Shown here: positions 57,685 to 64,000 of the stretch, one piece after another
Position numbering within the stretch: position 1 is the stretch's first letter
How the letters are laid out: each line of letters begins with the position of its first letter
Origin: Blastocladiella emersonii ATCC 22665
Lineage: Eukaryota > Fungi > Blastocladiomycota
Assembly: GCA_025594325.1 (NCBI GenBank)
Contig: JANHCV010000003.1
Coordinates: forward strand, 1,178,001-1,242,000
Direction of reading: 5' to 3'
Length of the DNA stretch: 64,000 nt
Program-made: the position numbers and the translations under genes
Notes under the pieces: model-generated
Told to the model about the DNA's origin: nothing
Databases searched by the model: none
Seen by the model: only the letters and a program-made list of their open reading frames with translations

Positions 57685-60278
57685 TCATTCCTCCCCATCC
57701 TCATCGTACTTGGTCGACAGCGCCCACCCGGTAAACGCGTCCTGTGCGCCATTCTTGGCCGCGTACCGGAGATACTCGATGGCCTGGGCGCGCGTCCGGA
57801 CCGCGTTCCTGCGGCGGGTCCCCTTGACGGCCGCGACAGGCGCGACGCGATGCGCGCGGCGCGCGAGCCGTGTGCCGACCTCGACGCACGACTGCACGTC
57901 GCCGAGGTTGGCGGCGAGCGTGACGAGGGCCTTCGCGAGGCGCGAGTTGCCGCGCGTGCCCCACCCGTACCGCAGCGAGACGGCCAGCTCGTACAGGATC
58001 ATGGCGACGCCCATGCGCGCGGGACTCGACTCGATGTCCGAGGCGCGCCGCGGGAGGGGCGAGTCGCGGAACGTCGCCATGTACTCTTGCGCCGCGGTGC
58101 GCTTCGGCTTGAAGGTCGGGGGCGCGAACTCGTTGGCGTCGAGCCCGTTCGCGTCACCGTTGCCGTTAGCGGCAGCCGGTGGCGGGGCAAAGTGCTCGCT
58201 GACGGGCGACGCGGCGTTGGCGGCGGCGAGCTCGGCGGCGGCGAGCTGGTTGGTGAGGACGTGCTTGACGGCGTACTCGAGGGCGAGGAGGAGGAACCGG
58301 AAGCTGGACGCGAGCTCGGGCTGGACGCCCCACCCGTGGCGCAGGTAGAGCGCGATGAGGAAGTAGGGCGTGGGGACGGGGCACTCGGCGGCGTCGGCGA
58401 CCTCGACGGCGTGCGTGAGGCAGTGGTACGACTGCTCGAGGTCGTTGTTCTCGTGGTACAGCACCGCGAGCTGGATGTACTTGGCGTAGCTGTGGTCGCG
58501 CACCAGGTGGCACACCTGGCAGGTGTCCCAGTGCGTCGCGCCCGGCGCGTCGTGCTCGCTCGCGCGGTCCGAGCCCGCAGCACCGCCGCTCGGCAGCACC
58601 ATGACGCTCCGGTTCGCCGACGGGTACCGCGGCTCGATCCCGCCGTCGCGCTGCAGCCCGAACCGCGACAGCGAGCCGGTCGGCGACGGCCGCCCGCTGC
58701 CGACGTTCCCGGCCTCGGCCGCGAGCGCGAGCGGCGCGGGCCGGTTGCCGTTGCCGTTCCCAAACGACGACGGCAGGTTGGTCTCGAACGAGTCGCTCGC
58801 GGCGAGCGTCGGCGAGGGCGCCGCCGCAGCCGACATGGACTTTGGCCGCTGCTTGACCATGGAGTCGGGCGGCGACGAGCCGAGCGTGGCGACCGAGAGC
58901 GCCGGGGACAGCGTGAGCCCCGCGGGGTCGAAGGTGCGCGCGCGCGGCTTACCACCCGAAACACTGCTGTTGGCCGAGTTGGCCGGGTTGAAGTTCTGCT
59001 CCATGATGACGGCGACGGTCGAGATGCGGGAGAGCGAGGGCAGCGGGTGGCCGGACGCGCCGAACCGCGTCGAGAAGATGGCGGCGCTCTGGGCGTCGTG
59101 CGACGTGGTGCGGTTGAGCGACAGCACGCTGAACGAGTCGAAGATGCCCGAGATGCGGTTCCCGCCGACGTGCTGGTTCTGCTGCTGCTGCTGGGCGGGG
59201 AGCGGCGTCGGCTGGTCGTCGGGGATCTCGACGTCTCCACCGTTCGGCCGCACACCGCCGCGCGGCAGCGTCGCGTCGCCGCCGAGCGTGACCGAGGGCG
59301 TGTTGACGATCTGCTGGACGCGCTTCTGCATCTCGTCCTCGTCGAGGTGGTCCGGGTAGGGTTCGGGCGGGCACGCGGACTCGACTGAGAGGCCGAAGCT
59401 CATGGCGCGCTTCTTCGGGTTGACGGCAGGGCACCCCGCGTTAATGACCTCGAGCACGTCGAGCAGCGTGTGCACGGGGCACGTCTCGTCCTTGCGCAGC
59501 GACAGGAGGAACTGGTGGTCGTTGGACAGCGCGATCACCTGCGACAGCGCCTTGGTCGCGTCCTGCGCGCTGGTCGCGGTGGTCGTGGTCGTGGTCGCGC
59601 CGTTGAGCGGGACCGCCTGGAGGAGGGCGAGAGTGTCAGTCAGATCCTCGAGCCTGCTAGTGCGACCACGGGAGTGCGTACCTCACTGTCCGAACCGGAG
59701 AGCGCCATGGTGAGTGGCACACCGTTAGCCCCGCCACCATTGTTGTTGCTGACGGTGCTGTGCGACCCGCTGAGCGAGAGCTGGTGGCGCAGCGGGTGCG
59801 CCTGGCGGGTCTTGGCGAGCGGGTTGGGCGCCGAGTTGGGCGAGAGGATAGCGGCCGAGGCGACCGCGTCGAGGTTGCCCTGAGCAGCCGAAGCACCGGC
59901 GGCGGACCCGTCGAGCTCGGCCTGGATAGCGAGGCGGAACTCGATGATCTCGCGGGCCTTGCGGTCGAGCGACCGGCGCACGGCCTTGCGGTGCAGCATG
60001 TAGCGCAGCGGCGACATGCGGCGCAGGTTGGTCAGCTCGATGTGCACGTCCATGATGAGCAGGTGCGCGCGCTCGTCGATGCCGCCGCGCCGCGCCAGCA
60101 GCGTCTGCGAGTGCGCGGGTGGGGCGGAGCCGGACCGCGACGAGTACTTTGGGTCCAGCACGTCAACCAGCTCCTTGGCCGCGGCCAGCAGGTTGGCACA
60201 CTGCGCGCGCTCGCGGCGCGGCGGCACCGCGCGGTTGGCCTGCTGCAGCGTCTCGCGCAGCGAATGGGTGGCGAGCAT
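57685..60278 (-). CDS. Sel1-like-repeat protein (DSF2/Nif1-like) with long Ser-rich region (2 exons)
   Basis: LYLRHGWGVQPE and LYELAVSLRYGWGTRGNSRLA..AANLGDVQS repeats; intron GTACGC..CCAG near 59617-59681. Confidence 0.78.
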
Positions 60279-60877
60279 GGTGTTGTTGGTGTCGAGGCAG
60301 TCGCGGAGGAGCTACGCGAGCGGGGACCGACGGTGAGCTCGATGCCCTGCTGCTGCGGCTATGCAGACGCCCTCCGTGCACCGCAAAGGGTGGAGGTGCG
60401 GGAGGGCGACCGCCCACCTCCGCTTCCAGAAGAAGGTCAGGACATACTTGTGCAAGCAAGGAAGACGGGGCCCAGACGGGGAGTGCGCACGACCGCGGAA
60501 GAGGGGCGAGCTGATGGCGCGACCGATTCGGCCTCTCTCGGGGGGTGAGCAGCGGTTGATGCGTGGCAGGCCGATGAGCGTGCTCCGTCGCGACGGCGTG
60601 ATGTATGCTTCGTCTGTACAGCAAGTGCGCGGTGGAGAGGGCGAAGGGGGAGAGAGAGGAAGGGACGAAGGGGCGCGGCGCCGGGTGGCTGGCCGCCGTC
60701 CGCCTCCGCCTCCGCCACCAGCGCCACACCCACCGCATCGGCAGCAACGGATCGCCTGCTGACCGTGGTGGGCCCACGTTGCGCGACGCTCATGTGAGCT
60801 GAGAGGACCAGTCGACGACGAGACGGACAGACAAAGTGTATAGAAAGACTACGGGTGTATGATACAAGGCGCGCTGC

Positions 60878-62122
60878 TCAGTACAGGACCTGCTCGCGGA
60901 AGTACTTTTGCAGCTTGTTGGTGCGGGTGCCGAGGCCCATCTCGTGGTAGAGGCGGCGGCGCTCAAAGTCGCGGGCCGAGCGGTGCTCCTGGCGGCGCAC
61001 CTGCATCTCGTAGATGCCGAGCGCCTTGTACCGGTCCGTGAGCTGCACGATCGCCTTCTCCTCGTCGGCCGACGGCGCGCGGATCGTCTGGCGGTAGAAG
61101 CGGCGGTAGTCGCGGTGGCCGAGCGCCTTGCCCGACGGCAGCACCAGCTCGTTGGACTCGGCGTCGATCGTGATCCCGCTCGCCGCAGCCGCGGCCGCCG
61201 CCGACTCGTCGACATCGTCGCCCTCGACGCCCTCCCACGTCGACGAGAAGTCGTAGTAGTCGGCGAGCTCGAGGTCGGCGCCGTCCTCGTACGCGACCTT
61301 GCAGTGGCCCTTGTCGCACATGTGCTTGCGGACGGCGGCCAGGTCCTTGAACAGGCCCTTGGTCTTGAGGTCCGTGTGGCCCTCGCGGTACGGCGAGTAG
61401 CACCACAGGCACGCGTTGCCGACCGACACCTTCTCGCCGAGGTACGCGAGCAGGCCGGGCAGGTCGACCAGGTAGTCAATGTCGGGGATGAAGAACGAGT
61501 GCGCCGTGGCCATGTGGTCGAGCGCGTCCTCCATGGTCGGCAGCTTGAGGTTGCAGAACAGGCAGTCGTTGAGGTCGAGCTTGACCGCGTTCTTGATCTT
61601 CTTGTCGGCGAGCTCCTCGAGCGTCGCGAACGCCGGCTCGGCGCCCGCCTCATCGCCGGTGGCGGCAGCAGCAGCGTCGGTCGAGGTGACGGGCGTGGCC
61701 GAGGTCGCGGGACTCGCGCCCGACGTTGGGGCGGCAGCGGCGCCCGCCTTCTTGGGCTGGCGCGTCAGCAGGGCCGTCGGGTACTCCTTGACGTCAATGT
61801 CGGCGGCGAGGGCCTTGTCCTTGTGCTTCTTGGACGCAATGTGGTTCTTGTAGCCGTTCTCGTTGGCATACGTCTTGTTGCACAGGTTGCACGTGTACCC
61901 GAGCGCCGCGTTCTCGGCCTCGGACCGGTCAGCGGCCTGGCGCGACAGCACGCGCTGGGCAAACTCCTCGGCCGACACGGGCGCCAGCTCGGCCACCTTG
62001 CGCTTGAGGTTGTACCGGTGCCAGTCGGTGCGGTAGTGCGTGCGCTGCTGCTCGGCCGTCGCGAACGCAACGTGGCACGACAGGCACGTGAAGGCGTAGC
62101 CAGCGGGGGCGGCGGCGCTCAT
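60878..62122 (-). CDS. REI1: Pre-60S maturation factor Rei1/Reh1 (ZNF622)
   Basis: FTCLSC..QRTHYRTDWHRYNLKRKV, CNLCNKTY, CLFC..HMATAHSFFIPD..LVDLPGLL.YLGEKV, AVRKHMCDKGHCKV, LPSGKALGHRDY.RFYRQ. Confidence 0.95.
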   Translation of the reverse strand: MSAAAPAGYAFTCLSCHVAFATAEQQRTHYRTDWHRYNLKRKVAELAPVSAEEFAQRVLSRQAADRSEAENAALGYTCNLCNKTYANENGYKNHIASKKHKDKALAADIDVKEYPTALLTRQPKKAGAAAAPTSGASPATSATPVTSTDAAAAATGDEAGAEPAFATLEELADKKIKNAVKLDLNDCLFCNLKLPTMEDALDHMATAHSFFIPDIDYLVDLPGLLAYLGEKVSVGNACLWCYSPYREGHTDLKTKGLFKDLAAVRKHMCDKGHCKVAYEDGADLELADYYDFSSTWEGVEGDDVDESAAAAAAASGITIDAESNELVLPSGKALGHRDYRRFYRQTIRAPSADEEKAIVQLTDRYKALGIYEMQVRRQEHRSARDFERRRLYHEMGLGTRTNKLQKYFREQVLY

Positions 62123-63141
62123 CTTGGTTTCGGGAATCGTGGTGATGGTCGTCGGGGTGTCGGGGTCCAGCTCGCGATAGAGAGGGGACCGTCAAATGTT
62201 CTGCTGCGTGAGGAGCGGGTTGCAGGAGGAGGGCGCTTCTTGTACACGCTGAGCGGCTCAGTGACGCGGTTAACCTTGGTCGGCGGGCGTCAGTCAGCAA
62301 CCACGGAGCGCCCACAGCGACGGCGGCGGCGCTGACTCAACCGGCACGGTGCCACCCGCGTCACGCCGCATCACCTGCCCCGTCGCCACCCCGGCGCGAT
62401 CACGCGTTCGTGGCGCGACGCGTCTCGCACCTCGCCCCGCGCGGGCACCCGCACCGCACGCAACCACGCGAAATGCGCGGTGGGAACCCGCCCGCTTGCT
62501 GGGGGACACGCCGCTTTCCTTGCGCAGCCCGCTTGTCCCTCGCCGCGTGGCCCTCGGCCGCCGCCAGCAGGAAGGTGGGTGGCTTTGCTCGGATCGAGGC
62601 AGACAGCGCAGATAAGGTCTTTTACTAGCATGCCATGGATGTATCAAAATCGTCCCAGGATGGTTTCCTTGACCACGAGGGCGGCTCCGCAGCGTGCGGA
62701 GGTGAGGAAGGGACGAGGGCGCCGCACGCAGCGAGGTCCGGCCAGCGGGACTCGCGCCCCGCTTTCTTGTTCCCCGCGTCAGCGATCAGCATGTCACGGC
62801 CGCGGTCTTGGCGATCGCACGGTTCCCTCGCTCGGGCCGTGTCGTGTCACAATGGCGTGTCCTCACGCGCGCGCGTCGCGCCGTCCACGGCCGTCCGCGC
62901 CGAGTATAAAGCTCTCGCCGCGCCCTCATCCTCCTCCCGCTTCTCTTCCCCCATCAAGACCTCGCACGGCGAAGAGCTATACACGCGCTACATACACACA
63001 CCGACGACTAGCTGGGCTGGCCCGCGTCGTTCTCCTGCACTAGACCACACTCTGCACACGCACCAACTTGCTCGCATTGCGCTCGCGCGTCGCCCCGCAC
63101 CTCGCACATCCACCACCACCTACACCACCACCATCCTCACC

Positions 63142-64000
63142 ATGCTGTCCTCGACCCGCTCGTCCAAGGCTGCCGCGCTGGTCGCGGCCGCCCTCGTCGC
63201 CATGGTCGCGCTCGCGCCCATCGCGGCCGACGCACACTTCACGCTCAACAGCCCCGGCCCGTCGCGCGAGTCGCTCCAGTACCCGGGCAGCAACGAGTAC
63301 GTTTATTTTCTCCCCTCGCGCGCTCGCCGACCTCGACGACCAGATCACTAACACTCCGCGACCCCCACCAGGCGCTTCTTCCCGTACGCCGGCGGTAACA
63401 CGCTGCGCTCGATCCCGGACTGCCTTTCGATGCGCGCGAACCCGAACCCGCCGACGGTGACGGCCGGCACGGCGCAGGTCGTCGGGTTCGAGATCGGCAA
63501 CGGCGCGCACCACGTCGGGCCGTGCACGGCCGAGCTCATCGACCCGGCCACGGGCGCGTCCACGCCGCTCGGGTCCGAGGCCAACTGCGTGTCGCTGCGC
63601 CAGGCCATGACGGTCCAGCTCCCGCCCACCACCACGTGCGTCGACTGCGTCATCAAGGTCAGCGTCAAGGCCACGCACCTCAGCGAGGCGAACCCCGAGT
63701 TCTACTCGAGCTGCCTTGACGTCAAGGTCACGGGCGGCGCCGGCGCGGCTCCGGCCGCCCCGTCGCGCAACGTCCTCGACACGCCCGCGCCCGTCCCCGA
63801 GAACCCCGTGCCCGCGCCATCTGCCCCGGTCCCCGAGAACCCCGCCCCCACACCGCCAGCCCCAGTCCCCGCGGTCCCGACCCCCGACGTTCCTGCGCCC
63901 GCCGATGCCGCGTCCACGACGACGGCACCGCTGCCCGCGTCCGTCCGTGGCGGCCGCAAGAACCCCGTCGGCAAGTGGCGCAACCGCCACGCGCGTCGCC
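63142..64000 (+). CDS. Secreted N-terminal-His (His-brace) LPMO-like copper protein, partial (continues past window end)
   Basis: TATAAA near 62905; signal peptide ending ADA then HFTLNSP; GAHHVGPC; ATHL...EFYSSCLD; Pro/Ala linker; one GTACGT..CAG intron. Confidence 0.7.

Noticed and set aside
1-64000. Most long ORFs in the supplied track (Arg/Gly/Ala/Pro-rich, often GTG/TTG starts)
   Set aside because: Antisense or shifted-frame shadows of real genes in GC-rich DNA; no motifs.
1-64000. CRISPR arrays, rRNA genes, prokaryotic operons
   Set aside because: None seen; intron-containing eukaryotic sequence.

Overview
Compact, very GC-rich eukaryotic genomic DNA with short spliceosomal introns (donors mostly GTACGY/GTGCGY, branch CTRAC). 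Fungal-type histones plus a ciliary transition-zone gene (NPHP4) suggest a zoosporic, early-diverging fungus (inference; species not assignable). About 28 protein-coding loci were reconstructed by joining exons by hand; most of the supplied ORF track is GC-rich shadow ORFs. Main structures not explained by the ORF track: (1) a 1966-bp inverted repeat, identical wherever compared (27948-29913 / 38262-40227), carrying a whole H2A gene plus the putative promoter and first exon of an M3 oligopeptidase. It flanks an 8348-bp potentially invertible segment holding a broken PDE, a CHASE-PAS pseudo-histidine kinase and the M3 peptidase. (2) Metazoan-type 16-nt histone 3' stem-loops behind H2B and both H2A copies. 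(3) A C/D snoRNA with a 14-nt LSU rRNA guide (snR66-like). (4) A 1410-bp non-autonomous DNA transposon with ~75-bp TIRs and a 7-bp TSD. (5) An apparent GG-AG intron in a tyrosinase. (6) A long CNBP/GIS2 intron with a candidate poison exon and a strong hairpin. No CRISPR array, rRNA or convincing tRNA was seen. Family calls come from remembered motifs, not database searches.
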